This document shows, piece by piece, positions 35,874 through 47,919 of a stretch of DNA of 64,000 bases. The notes beneath the pieces were generated by a model. That model had not been told where the DNA came from. It saw only the letters and a list, made by a program, of their open reading frames with translations, and did not search any database. The stretch spans positions 12,276,001-12,340,000 of the forward strand of contig NC_043018.1 of NCBI RefSeq assembly GCF_006345805.1, given 5' to 3'. Position 1 is the stretch's first letter, and every line of letters begins with the position of its first letter. The stretch is from Octopus sinensis. Lineage: Eukaryota. The position numbers and the translations under genes were made by a program.

Positions 35874-37401
35874 GTGAGCAATTACAGATAATTACTGTAT
35901 ATTGGAAGAGTGCCAATCAACTTTATCGTTGTGTGGCTGAAGATATTTCACATGTCACTCAGTCCAAAGGAGGTTGTTGTTTGTTTGTGTGTGTGTATTC
36001 AGGTTACTCTTTTACTTGTTTCAATCATTTGACTGTGGCCATGCTGGAGCACCGCCTTTAGTCAAGCAAGTTGACTCCAGGACTTATTCTTTGTAAGCCT
36101 AGCACTTATTCTATCAGTCTCTTTTGCTGAACCGCTTGGTTACGGGGACATATGATTGCTTTTGGCTTTTTTCTCTTACCATAAAACCATTTTGTTAGTC
36201 GTTGGCCTAACGTACGTAACGAATGTGTGAACACATATAGAAAATGTGACGCTATCATTGTTGTGGTGATGGTAAAAAATGGTTACAATAGGTAACTAAA
36301 AGAAAAATGATAATCTTAAATTTTTGTAATGTAAATAAGTGAATGAAAATATTGTTTAGTTGGTAGCCAAAAGCTTACTGAATCTTTTGATACCCCATAT
36401 GTCAAAAACGGCAACTCAGTTCTGGAATGCGTAAGGAACACACACAAACTCTCTTTTATAAGATCTCTGGATCCTCTGGATATGACAAGACAAGACTTCT
36501 CAGCTAAACTTGAGTCTTGGATACTTTTGGCGAGGAAGGACAAAGAAAAGCTAAAATAGCAGAATTTGAGGAAGCTTGTGATGTTCTGGGTGGGCAGAAA
36601 ATAACACAAATAGTTTCATAAAGTGGTTTAAATTGTATACGCTGCAGTGGTTTGGGAGAAGAATCCTTTGTCTAGAGACAGATAAAATATCAAGTAAGAA
36701 GTATTAATTGAAAAGAAACTGTCAGTATGCGGGGTGGGGTGGGGGATAAAGTGTAGAGGGGCGCAGAAGGCGCATTTATGGTTTTCTGGAGTTAATTAAA
36801 TAAACAGAATTTATCTGCTTAATCAGTTGATACAATGACAAGCAAGTCTGATCACCTGATCCAAATATGTCTAATCATGTGTTTCAAATTAAGATTAATA
36901 CTGTCTTGACAAAAACAACAAGCATGTTTCCTTTCAAAACATGCTAACTTTGACTTTCATTGCATGTGTGTGTGTGTGTTGTGTGTGTGTGTGTGTGTGT
37001 GTGTGTGCATGCATGTGTGTGTGTGTGTGTGTGTGTGCATGCATGTGTGTGTGTGTGTGTGATTTCTTTATTTCATCAGCAGAAAGATAAGTTGTCATTT
37101 CTATTTCTTCCGTGTAATAACAGTAACTGTTTCCAATTTAAGGACAAGGCCAGCAGTTTCAAGGATGTGGGAATATTTGATTAAATTAACCCCAGCATGT
37201 GGCTGGTATTTTATTTTATCAACTCCAGAAAAATGAAAGGCAGAGTTGATTTAAGTGAGATTTAAATTCAAATAGTCGAGGCCCAGGACAAATTACCAGA
37301 TGGGATTTTCTCCTCTGCTCCAGCAATTTTGTCAATCTAATTCCCTCGTTAAATAATCATGATAATGTTGATTTCTAACTTCTGCATCGTTGCAAATTTA
37401 G

Positions 37402-37562
37402 GAAGGAATAGTGGTGAGTGTATAATCTCCAGTACATGTCTGAAGTTATCGTACTTGGAATCAATGAGAATGCTGAAGAGTCTCATGAAAGGCAAAGACA
37501 AGTCTGGGAAATCGTGTCTTTCCCAAGAGAACTGTGACATCAATTCTCGACTGGAGGCTGCT
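37402..37562 (+). other. Candidate exon with two donors (12-nt micro-exon or 161-nt exon)
   Basis: CTAAC branch point at 37375, two TGC motifs, TAG| acceptor. Donors are GTGAGT (37414) and GTATGA (37563). The long form is open in phase 1: (G)RNSGECIISSTCLKLSYLESMRMLKSLMKGKDKSGKSCLSQENCDINSRLEAA. Confidence 0.45.
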
Positions 37563-38766
37563 GTATGAATATTTTCTCAACAAAATAGGTGACTTAATTT
37601 CAGTTTTGTTGGTGGGTTGGACAAAATAGAATATGTAATAAGCTGTGTAAGAGATCATTATCATCATATAGGCGTTGGAGTGGCTGTGTGCTAAGTAGCT
37701 TGCTTACGAACCACATGGTTCCGGGTTCAGTCCCACTGCGTGGCACCTTGGGCAAGTGTCTTCTACTAAGCAGAATTTGATCTCAGAACACAAATAACTG
37801 GAACATTTACCACATGGTATCTAGTCCAATGCTGTAACAATTCCATCAGTCCATTACACTAGATTGATATTTTAGATATTAACCTTGAAAGGATGAAAGA
37901 CAAAGTTCATGTCAGCAGGTTTTGAATTCACAGCACAGTGAACCAGAACAAATGCTGTCAGTAATCTGATACTGTTGCAACTTTGCCTTTCCCTTCTCTA
38001 TAAATAAGGTTAGTTACTAATATTATTTTTTTCCTTACCTTGTGTTATTTCTATTTAGCTTGAATCCTGCCTGCCTTAAATTTCTTAACACTGACTTAGC
38101 ATTCACTGTGTTGATTCAGTGAAAGTACTTCTTGTTTTATCTTCTTTATCTTTGTATAAAAATTCTTCTTTCACTTTAAAAGCTTCAATTCGATGGGCCC
38201 ATTCACTTAACCTCTTTATTTTGGGAAGAGATTGTCTTCAAAAAAATACTAGGAAAGGGAAAAAGAGAAATCATTTCATAAATATTTGTATGTTTTCCCT
38301 GTTTTTTCAATTTGTTTCACTTGTTGTCTGCCTCTACTCAGTATTTTGACATTTTGCAGAATTTGATGCTTCAAAATTTAATGCAAAACTCTTTCAGCTC
38401 ATCATCCATTAATTTTATATTCCAGAAACTTATAGCTAAAGAATATATTTAAGTTGGTAGAAGTAAGAGGTTAACACTGTCTTGGAACTTCCCTTGTAGG
38501 TCGTCAGCACACACACACAGGAAATAGAGGAATCTTCAGGTTAAGGAATGCATTCAAGTGGGTCAGAACAAAAGACTAAATATGTCATCAATCTTCCCCT
38601 GCAGCTCATCAGTCTACAGCCGCTTAATATCATCTCTATTGACCGTTTCTGATGTCTACAGATGGTCGCATGAAGAGTAGAAATCACCTCTCTCTCATCT
38701 CACTCATTTCCACACAATTTCTTTTAGTTCTACTGCATCTCTTTCTCTCCCTCCTTCCACTCTTTA

Positions 38767-39005
38767 TGTTTCTTATTTCTTTTATTGCCCACAAGGGGCT
38801 AAACATAGAGGGGACAAACAAGGACAGACAAAGGGATTAAGTCGATTACATTGACCCCAGTGCGTAACTGGGACTTAATTTATCGACCCCGAAAGGATGA
38901 AAGGCAAAGTCAACTTTGGTGGAATTTGAACTCAGAACGTAATGGTAGACAAAATACCGCTAATCATTTCGCCTGGCATGCTAACGTTTCTGCCATCTCG
39001 CCGCC
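38767..39005 (-). mobile_element. SINE family B
   Basis: Reverse complement of 1111-1348. Confidence 0.85.
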
Positions 39006-42000
39006 TTGGTTTCTTTATGTTTCTTGTGACAATTTCTCTTTTGTCGGCTTCCTACTTTGTTCTGCTTTATTTTCATTGTAAATTCTTCCCTTGCTTTTTA
39101 AATTCTTAATATCAAATAATTAACAGGTCAGCAGATTGTAGAATGAAAAAACCCGTGTTTACTTCTGCTTCTGCAAGTTTCAGATGCATTTCGTCACCTT
39201 GCTGCAATCCATTTTCGGCATTTGTTGGTATCATAGTGTTTTAGTGAAGTTAGTTGACTGGAAGGTTTCAGGAGTTCCTATGTAGTCTTGTGTTTTGGGT
39301 CTTGTTAAAATGGCACCAGTTTTGTTTCCTTTTATCTTTCTGCCAGAAAGATTTTGTTCTACTCTTTAGTTTCTAGGTCCATTGCACACAGTATCAGTAA
39401 GATTAGTAACCGGTGAACAATGCTAAGTGCTTTTTAATCATGCTATTTAGAAACTACTTGTTGTCATGTATCATTAAAACACAGGATTATCCGAGCTATA
39501 TTAATGACTTAAATAGCATTGTAATAATAATTGCAATCTTGATGTTACAAAGAATAGAAATTATATGAATCTTTTCTTTTCTCCCACACACTGTGTGTGT
39601 GTGTGTGTGTGTGTTTGCGTGTGTGTTTGTGTGTACTTAATATCTGCTTTTCTCTGTAGTGTATTTGGGATAGAAATACAATCCCACCTAAAACTATTCA
39701 ATCCAAATCCATTTTTTTAATAACTTTTTTCTTGTGTTTATTGTTTAATCAAAAACCCAAACAAAAGAGATACTATGTGAGTTTATTTGCATGCCACTTG
39801 CCCAGCAGGTATATACAACAAAGACCATACTTACCTTGCTCTCCTCTGGTTGTTGTATGTCCTCTCAAGTTTGACGACACTTGTTACACATACTCTTTAG
39901 CCCATAGAGGAATAAAAAAACATCCACTTTATGATCTATCATGTGATACACTGATTGTAGGGCTTGCTAAAACCATTTGTAATCTTAACTTGCTGACTAT
40001 GACTGACACAACCTACTATCATCATCCGCTGGGATTGTGTGTTTTCTAATATTTTAAACTGATGAAAGGGAAGAAGATTTGGTTGTTATTTCTAACAGGT
40101 CAAACTACCCTGCAGAGGCGCGTTTGTGAATGGTTATGCACACTATGCAGGTGTGGATTGTTTTATATGGTTGTGTGTTAAGTTTATATTGATTCTGTAT
40201 GCGTGTGTGCTGCAGGATTAGACACATGTATGTCATATAAAAATGTCCGTTTAGATTATTAGGTTTATAAATGTGTGCTATTTAGGATTGTGTGTAGACT
40301 ACTTGTTTATGTGTGTTATGGAAGCCTATAGGTGTGTATGTGTGTAGAAACTACAAATTTATGGAGGATTATATGTTTGCTATACTTGACTGTGTGCATG
40401 TATGAGAAAGGTTTGTTTTATGTAAGTGTATATATATAGACTATAGCTTCATGTGTGTATAGGTGTAGATTACAGGTTTTTGTGTGTAGTATTGGTGTAT
40501 ATGTTTCAATAAATGCTCAAGTGGTCCTGATCAAGTTATGAGCTGATGGTTGTTGTTTTATTTCAACATCTGTTGGAATATCTCAGACACTTCCACTTCG
40601 GACATTATGCAATCTCCAAAGAGAGAGAGAGAGAGAGAGACAGACAGAGACACACATTTAAAAAAAATCTTTTATCTTTGGGTATTTACACTTATTAAAT
40701 ACCTTGAGTAAGCATTAATTAATATTCTCTACCCACCACAGTTATTATTTACTGTCTAGTTCTATCCAGTCCTTTCAAGGAGGTGAGGTGGGGGAGGAGC
40801 AGACATTATTGTTGATTTTTTTTGTTGGTTTGTTTTTTTATATTTTGCTTTGTGCTCTGACCATTTTTTTTTGGTCTTTTCTTTATTTTGTCTCCCAGTG
40901 GTAATACAAAAGTATATTTTCAGAGAATATTATTATTGTTGTTGCTGTTAGGTGAGATAATTGATATTGTGTTAACCAAAACTATTTTTTGCAATTTGTT
41001 CTTGCACCATCTCCTCATTGATTATTACACTTGTAGCAAATAATTATTAATTTGGGCAGTTGATTGGTAAAATCATTATAGCATCAGACAAAATGTCTTC
41101 AGGTATTTGTACCAGCTTTTGACATTCTGAGTTCAAATTCTGCCAAGGTTGGTTTTGCCTTTTCACCTTTTGGAGTTAATAAGATGAAAGTATTGGTTAA
41201 GTTCTGTGGTCAGTGATATCAATCAATCTCATCCTCTCAAGATTGCTGGCCTTGTACCGAAGTGAGAAATTATCATTATTTGTAGCTCCATGTCTATGGT
41301 AGAAGTAATAATAATAATGCTGAAAGGTATATGAGGGTAGCACGTATGCTCTGGTGAAATGGCCTCAACATTTAACTGTAGGCTGTAGATGGAAACTAGG
41401 AGAGGAAGGGAGATCTAGAAAGATAGAGTGAACCTAATGGGTGTTGGCCTTCCCTGATTTGCCTTAGGTGGTTGTTCCCCTATTAGGACTTTAAAAAATG
41501 ACATCCTTGAAAATTATTCTTAAAGCCCATTTCTATATTTTTATTATCTTCTCGCACAATGTGTAACTTGCCTTCCACTGTTTTACTAGTTTCTCCTCAT
41601 CTTATGGTCAATAAAGAGATTATCTGATAAATCATTATTATAATAATAAAACAGAATTGTTTCAGTAATCTTATTTTTATTAAATGCTTTTCACTACACA
41701 ACTGACTGCAGCAGTGAGCCTTGGGTGTGGTCAGTTTTTGTTCTCTATTGCCTGTACTTATGTATGAGTTCTGCAAACAGGACAAACTTGATTGCAATAT
41801 TTCATGAGGATTTCTTTCAGAAGCTCAAGGCTATACCTTTTCATTGACTGCTAACTTGTAGATTAGAGCAGTGCTTAAACTCTAGTTTCATGACATTATT
41901 TAGAGTTGTTATCAAATTATCCAAACAATGGGTTATTTTGAAATCTAGAATCATTGTTTGTAAGAGTATAAAAAAAATGTTAGTATAATTTGCAGTAAAT

Positions 42001-42224
42001 TTCTTTTAGAAGCTGTAACAAGGGCTCTTGTGTTGCAGCTCCCCTTCAAGACATTAAACATGAAAGAGATGAATCTCTAGCCTCGATTGCATAGATACCA
42101 CCTATTTGTTTCCCATGCTATCATCTCTCTTCATCTCTACTAAATTCTATATAGTCTCTGTCATCTTAATTCAGATAAATGCACGTCACAAATGCATAGC
42201 TAAAATATTGTACATTTTGATTTA

Positions 42225-42772
42225 ATGGGTTGTCTGGAAAGTTCGTGCCGATTTATAGTAGCTTTCCTTTCGACATATTTTAGAACACGGTTGAGTCCAT
42301 AAAATAGGATTTGACTACACCTCCATTTAGAGCACAGTTTAAGCTATCTTTTCGTGGAAGAAGGTTTATGTTCCTATAACCTGTGCTAATTTTGTAACCC
42401 TTTAAAATGGAAGATAAGAAAGTTCATTTTCGGGACTTGATGCTTTGGGAACCAGACAAAAATTGCTGCAGCTTGGCTGGGATGTGTTACCCCACCCTCC
42501 ATATTAACCAGATATTGCTCCTTCAGATTTCCACTTATTTAGGTCTCTGCAGAATAGTCTTAATGGTAAAAATGTCAATTCCTTGGATGACGTAAAAAGA
42601 TACCTTGATGAATTCTTTGCCATGAAACCACCTCCATTCTGGGAAGAGGGTATTTTTCAAGTTAAAGGAAAGATGGAAACGTATTGTGCAACAAAATGGT
42701 TCATATTTGGTTGATTAAAAATGACCTTTTTCTTTCCTTTAAAAATCGGCACGAACTTTCTGGACAACCAAA
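42225..42772 (+). mobile_element. Internally deleted mariner with both TIRs
   Basis: TIRs GGTTGTCTGGAAAGTTCGTGCCGATTT / AAATCGGCACGAACTTTCTGGACAACC. MEDKKVHFRDLMLWE is fused to QKLLQLGWDVLPHPPY*PDIAPSDFHLFRSLQNSL..ERWKRIVQQNGSYLVD*. Confidence 0.93.
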
Positions 42773-43336
42773 ATCCATGAATCAGATTGTATTTACCAAA
42801 CTGGCTCTGTCTTGGACATTCTTCTACAATCCTCATCATCATTGTAAAACTTCAGACTTATCAAAATGGTTGGATAACAAACTGAAGTGGGAGGGAGAGG
42901 TTTCTGTGATTACAACCTTCTACACTATATTAATGATTTTTTAAAAAAATGAGCCAATGAATAAACTTCTATGCTGTCCTTCAGTCTTCTAGAAATAGTA
43001 ACCAAATCACCTTTAAGTAACAGGCTACTCTCTTAAAAGAAAGACATAGTGAGTATAAGTCTACTGGATCAACACTAACCTTGGGCTAAAGAACAACAGC
43101 TAATCAGTTAGAGTTTGTGAAACGTGGGTTTTTCTTCCTCAAAATTAACGCATGTGTGGTATATTGGATTTTCAGGTTCCCATAGACTCAGCTATATTCA
43201 TAGAATAGGCTGGGGTGTTGAACGTACGTTTGTTCTAAGCCCAGAATCAGTTAACTTCATATCATAGGCTGAGTTTGCAGGACTCTTTGGGTGATTTCTA
43301 ACCACTTCACATTATAGGTATGTTAAAGTAATAGGG

Positions 43337-43675
43337 AAAAGGGTAGGGGTAAAAGCCCTTTTGGTCTCAAATGATCATGGGATTGCACCTAGAAAGTTCC
43401 CTTCCAAGATACAAATCCAGACAAGGTTGTTTATGGAAGACCAGCAATTGGCCATGCATACCAGCCTCTCCTCTCCACACCACCGATGTTGTCCAAGGGA
43501 AAGGCAAAGGCCAGCATAGCTTGGCACTAGTGAGGTTGCAACTTGTTTCTACAGCTGAGTGAACTGGAGCAAGGTGAAATAAAGTGTCTTGCTCAAGAGC
43601 ACAACCTGGTCCAGGAATCGAACTCACTACCTCATGATTGTGAGCATGATGCTCTTACCACTGAGTCATGTGCCT
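43337..43675 (-). mobile_element. SINE family C, full length
   Basis: Reverse complement of 6161-6504. Confidence 0.85.
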
Positions 43676-45263
43676 TCACTGACAGTACTACTATAGACAG
43701 ACAGTATATATAGCCACTCCCTATATCAGATGTTCTCCTAACAATTCTTTGAAGTGTTTCGATCTCAAATGGAAATCTGTTTTTGTGAAATTTATCAGCA
43801 TTTCAACAATGCAGGGCCAAAAAGTCTGCAAATGATGCTTCCAATTGGTGAGAAAGTGTTAAAGACAAATGAAAGACAAAAAAATGGCTTTGCTTGTTTG
43901 TCTCCATAGTAAATTTCACAAAAATAATTATTTGAACTTAGACAACTATCATTTTAAAATAAAGTAATTAAAATGTAACGAACAAAACAAAATAACGAAT
44001 TCCATTATGTGTAATTACTCTTAAATGTCTCGACTTTTATTTGAAACAACTAAAACTTTGTCTGCAAATACATTCTTTTAATTATTTTAATGAGATTTTT
44101 CAGTTTAAATTGTAACTATTTCTCCACTTGCCATTCTTTTGAGTCAGATTGATTCCTGGTAATAATTATTCTGAAAGCTTGCTTTACATCTTTGTTGCAT
44201 GTTTTTCCTTGGTGTTTTTTTTTTCTTTTTTACATTGAATCAAGTTGGTGTAGACGATGGCCTTGTGGTTGAGAAGTTCACTTCATAATCACATTGTTCT
44301 AAGTTAGATCCACTTTGCAATCCCTTCGACAGATATTTGGGTTAACTCATGACTGGAATGTGATAAAAGGGACTTGTGAGAAATCCTGTGTGTGTGTGAT
44401 ATCTTTTACCCATACACATTGGCACCCCCCCCCCAAAAAAACCTGAAAAACAGTGCTTTTTGAATTTAAAAAAAAGTGGTGATATTTATTGTGTGTCAGG
44501 TGATCTCTTGTTTGAACACCTGCTACAAGAGGCACTTACCATTGTCACATCTGTGGCAGGTCCCAAGTAGACTGGAAAACCACACCCATTTAAGAAAACA
44601 ATTGAGTAATGGCATTGCTCAAAATCCTGTTTCAGCCATCATGTATTTATATATCATCATCCTTTAATGTCCATGTTCCATGCTGGCATGAGTTTGACAG
44701 TTTGACAGGATCTGATGAGCCCAAGGCCCATTCCTCAGTGTCTGTATGGCATGGTTTCTTAGACTGGATGCTGTTCCTAATACCTTTATAGTATGTACTG
44801 GGTGCTTTTCTCATGCCACAAGCACTAGTGAGGTCACCTTGCAGCTTAAGACAATGACCCCTGAATAGAGGGGGAACTTTATACTAAGGGAATAACGAGT
44901 AGAGAAAGGTAAAATATGAGCAAAAAGTGCAGGAGCAGAACAGGTTTCTTGTTGAAGATGAGTTACATGATGACTAATTATATTTTGAAGAGAGGTTGGG
45001 GTAGAGCTGGAAAATTGGTGATGAGGCATCAGCCTGGACCTTTAAGGTTTTGATGTGGATTTTCCCAATTTTTTTCTTGCTGTGGCCTTGCAAATGATGG
45101 AGGTAAGCTTTTTAATAAAAAAGATTTTGGAAGATTTTGATTGTTTTCCTTCCCCTCTCTTACCTCCATCCACCTTCTGACTATTTAGGCCAATTTTTTT
45201 CTGCTGGGTACTTAAAAAGCAATAGGAGAAGCCTAGAGAATGAAAATATTTTGAGATGGAAAG

Positions 45264-45363
45264 GTATGTGATTTAAGGGAGATTTAACTGCTGTTTCTAG
45301 CACATCCCACAATGACCTGGTAATCACTAAAAACAGCAGCTAAATCACCCTTAAATTACATAC
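45264..45363. repeat. 37-bp inverted repeat (33/37 match) with a 26-nt spacer, built from a dispersed repeat motif
   Basis: GTATGTGATTTAAGGGAGATTTAACTGCTGTTTCTAG versus the reverse complement of 45327-45363. Confidence 0.85.
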
Positions 45364-45984
45364 ATTTTTATCTAAAAATATTTTCATAATTTCTTTCCCG
45401 ACCATAAAATTTTCTCTCGTTGCTTTTCAAGTGCCGAGTGCAAGAAAAAGTGGACAAAGAGATTGTAACTTTTTGAAACTTTTCATTCATAAATAGCTTC
45501 CCCTCTTCGTTTTCAAGGCTGCAGTGAAAGTAAAAAAATAGGAAAGATCTCTGTCAAAATGGAGAAAATCCAGCTTAAGGGGGTGTCATGATCCAAAGCT
45601 CAGCTCTACAAATAATTAAATGAAATTACAGCTGCCACAAGCATTTTGTGTATATTCAGACATGGTTATATTGTTATCTTCAGTTGGTGGGTGGTCAGTT
45701 TTGATACACTGGTACAGGGTATAAAACTGAACCTTCTCTAAGTTTGGAGCTCTACAATAAATTTAATAAGTATCTTTAGGGAGCTCTGTGGAAGGGGTAA
45801 CACACACAGTTTGACCATGCAAAACCCCATTTTTGGATACATCATTTTCATGATAAAATATCTATTTTTCTTGGAAAATTATATATCTTTTGAAAGTTCT
45901 GGATGTGAACTTTGTTCTCATATAGTGTTAATAAAAACCTGACACTTACCTAAGATGTCTACATTTTTTAATCACCTGATTTAC

Positions 45985-46145
45985 AATATGGGTGAGTAGA
46001 CCATAACCCACACCGCCAGATATTTTAAGCATCTCAGTGGTGATTCTTGAGCAGCTGAGGGTATTTCCCTGTCTTCATATCCTTAATTGCTTTATCTACC
46101 TGGGTACTGTTGATTCAGGTAGCTGGTCCCTCAATTGGGTAATAA
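45985..46145 (-). mobile_element. RTE LINE remnant (start of the RT domain)
   Basis: PIEGPAT*INSTQVDKAIKDMKTGK../SRITTEMLKISGGVG resembles v..Ai..mK.GKA.Gp.gI.aEmlK. Confidence 0.75.
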
Positions 46146-46201
46146 AATATCTTTATTATTCTTAATTCATTTATCTCTATTTCTGTTTTTATCTTTTGCA
46201 G

Positions 46202-46231
46202 GTAAGTCAAAGTGGTTTTGAAATCCATTTG
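46202..46231 (+). other. Candidate recursive splice site with a 30-nt RS-exon
   Basis: CTTAAT branch-like site, 77-nt AG-free T-rich tract, TTTTGCAG|GTAAGT, and a second TTG|GTAAGT donor 30 nt downstream. Confidence 0.55.
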
Positions 46232-46834
46232 GTAAGTCTCAGCCATTTTCAGTTTTCCTCCTCCCACTGCTTTTAGAGATTTTCTGTATTTAATGAAAAA
46301 CTGACTGATTTGGTTTCACTAAATGTTCCACTGCCTCCAACCACAGATCTGGGAACAGTTCATTCCTCAATAAGAATAATGCATGATATATAACATTTCT
46401 TTGCTGTGAACAGGAGTTACCGTTTCTTGAAAATTTAATTAACCACTGCTTACACTATTTACTAAAGGTGGAGGTGTGTATTCTTGCAGTTGTTGTTATT
46501 GCTGCTGTTGCCATCTCTGTTAGGTCATTTAGTACATATCTACATATATATATATATATATATGTAAATATTGCTTGGTCTTTATATATTATTCATAATC
46601 ATACAACATTGCTTGTTTGAGCAGTGTGCATAAATGTGTGTGTTTGTTTTGTCTCGGTAAATTGTATTCTGAATGTCATGTGTGTGTATGTGCTTGTCTT
46701 TGTGTATGTGACTCCCACAAGATAAGTACATCACTCCTTTCCCAGCTTCCTTTCCCAGTGATTGTTGCAGCCAGTGAATAAATACTTCCCAGAAATTGAT
46801 ATTTTTGGTTCATATCAACTGCCAGAAAATTAAA

Positions 46835-47140
46835 ATGTATAACCAAGTGATGGTTCCAAGTCCAGTCCCACTGTGTGACACCTTGAGCGAGTGTCTTCTA
46901 CTATAGCCCCAGGTTGACCAAAGCCTTGTGAGTGGATCAGGTAGACAGAAACTGAAAGAAGCCCATCATATATATCTATATATGTATCAGTGTTTGTCCC
47001 CCCCACCACCATTTGACAACTGGTGCTAGTGTGTTTACATCCCTGTAACTTAGCGATTTGGCAAAAGAAACTGATAGAATAAGTATGATGCTTATAAAAA
47101 AATAAGTCCTGGGGTTGATGCATTTGCCTAAAGATTCTTC
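46835..47140 (+). mobile_element. SINE family A, near full length
   Basis: CAGTCCCACTGTGTGACACCTTGAGCGAGTGTCTTCTACTATAGCC...AATAAGTCCTGGGGTTGAT. Confidence 0.8.
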
Positions 47141-47919
47141 CAGACAGTGTCACAGACTTTTAAGAAATAACAGGAAAATCTGCATCTTTAAAAAATGGAA
47201 GAAAGCATTTCATAATGGGATTCTAGAAAGTCTTGAAAATAAAGGATGGTCATGGCTTACTTGAGTACCAACGACTACCAAGCTATTAAAATCATTGATT
47301 CCAACAATATGTACATTTTCAGTTTTGCAAAACCAGATCCAAATAGGTTTATGTTGTTAAAATATTTGCTTAGCAACTATTTGTTTTCTGGTTCAATCCC
47401 ATTGAACAGCACCTTTGGAAAGTATTTTCTACCAAAGCTTCAGGTTAACAAAAAACTTGAGAATGAAATTTGGTTAACGCAATTCCTATTATACTTAGTT
47501 TATTGCCTGTTTTACCACCATCACCTGGCCTTTGGGTGTCTTTAGCAGTCTTCCTTCTTACAAGCATCCAGACCATGTTTTCAATCTGAGGATAACTTCC
47601 TCCCTTCCATTTACTCATTTCAGAGACCCCTAAACAGGAACCTGTTTGCTGCCCTTCTTCATATATCTAACCTAGTCTTTGACTTTGTGTTGTACTGGAG
47701 ATCAAAAATCATTAATGAAATAATTAAAAAATTGATGTTACATTTTGCATGGAAAATGAGAGGAGGGAAGAGCATGGGGATGGGTTCATTGGACTTGAAC
47801 CCTGGAATTTCCTAACATCTTGGAAAAATTTTCCTTTGTAGAGCACAAGCATTTAAGGAAAGGAAGAGGACTGTGAAAGACTCTTTGGCGCTCTGATAAA
47901 ATTCTCATTGAAGAACATA

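Noticed and set aside
39835-39894. 60-nt minus-strand exon candidate (VCVTSVVKLERTYNNQRRA) with a GTAAGT donor
   Set aside because: It is isolated, opposite to the other exon candidates, has only a moderate acceptor, and has no recognisable homology.
43176-43267. SYIHRIG resembling DEAD-box helicase motif VI
   Set aside because: It is not followed by RTGR, no other helicase motifs are present, and the frame is only 30 codons. Kept only as a weak exon candidate.
45940-45955. Other AG|GTAAG juxtapositions (45944 -, 21953 -, 58151 -, 40951 +, 59027 +)
   Set aside because: They lack a strong pyrimidine tract or a downstream competing donor. They serve as the chance background for the 46201 site.
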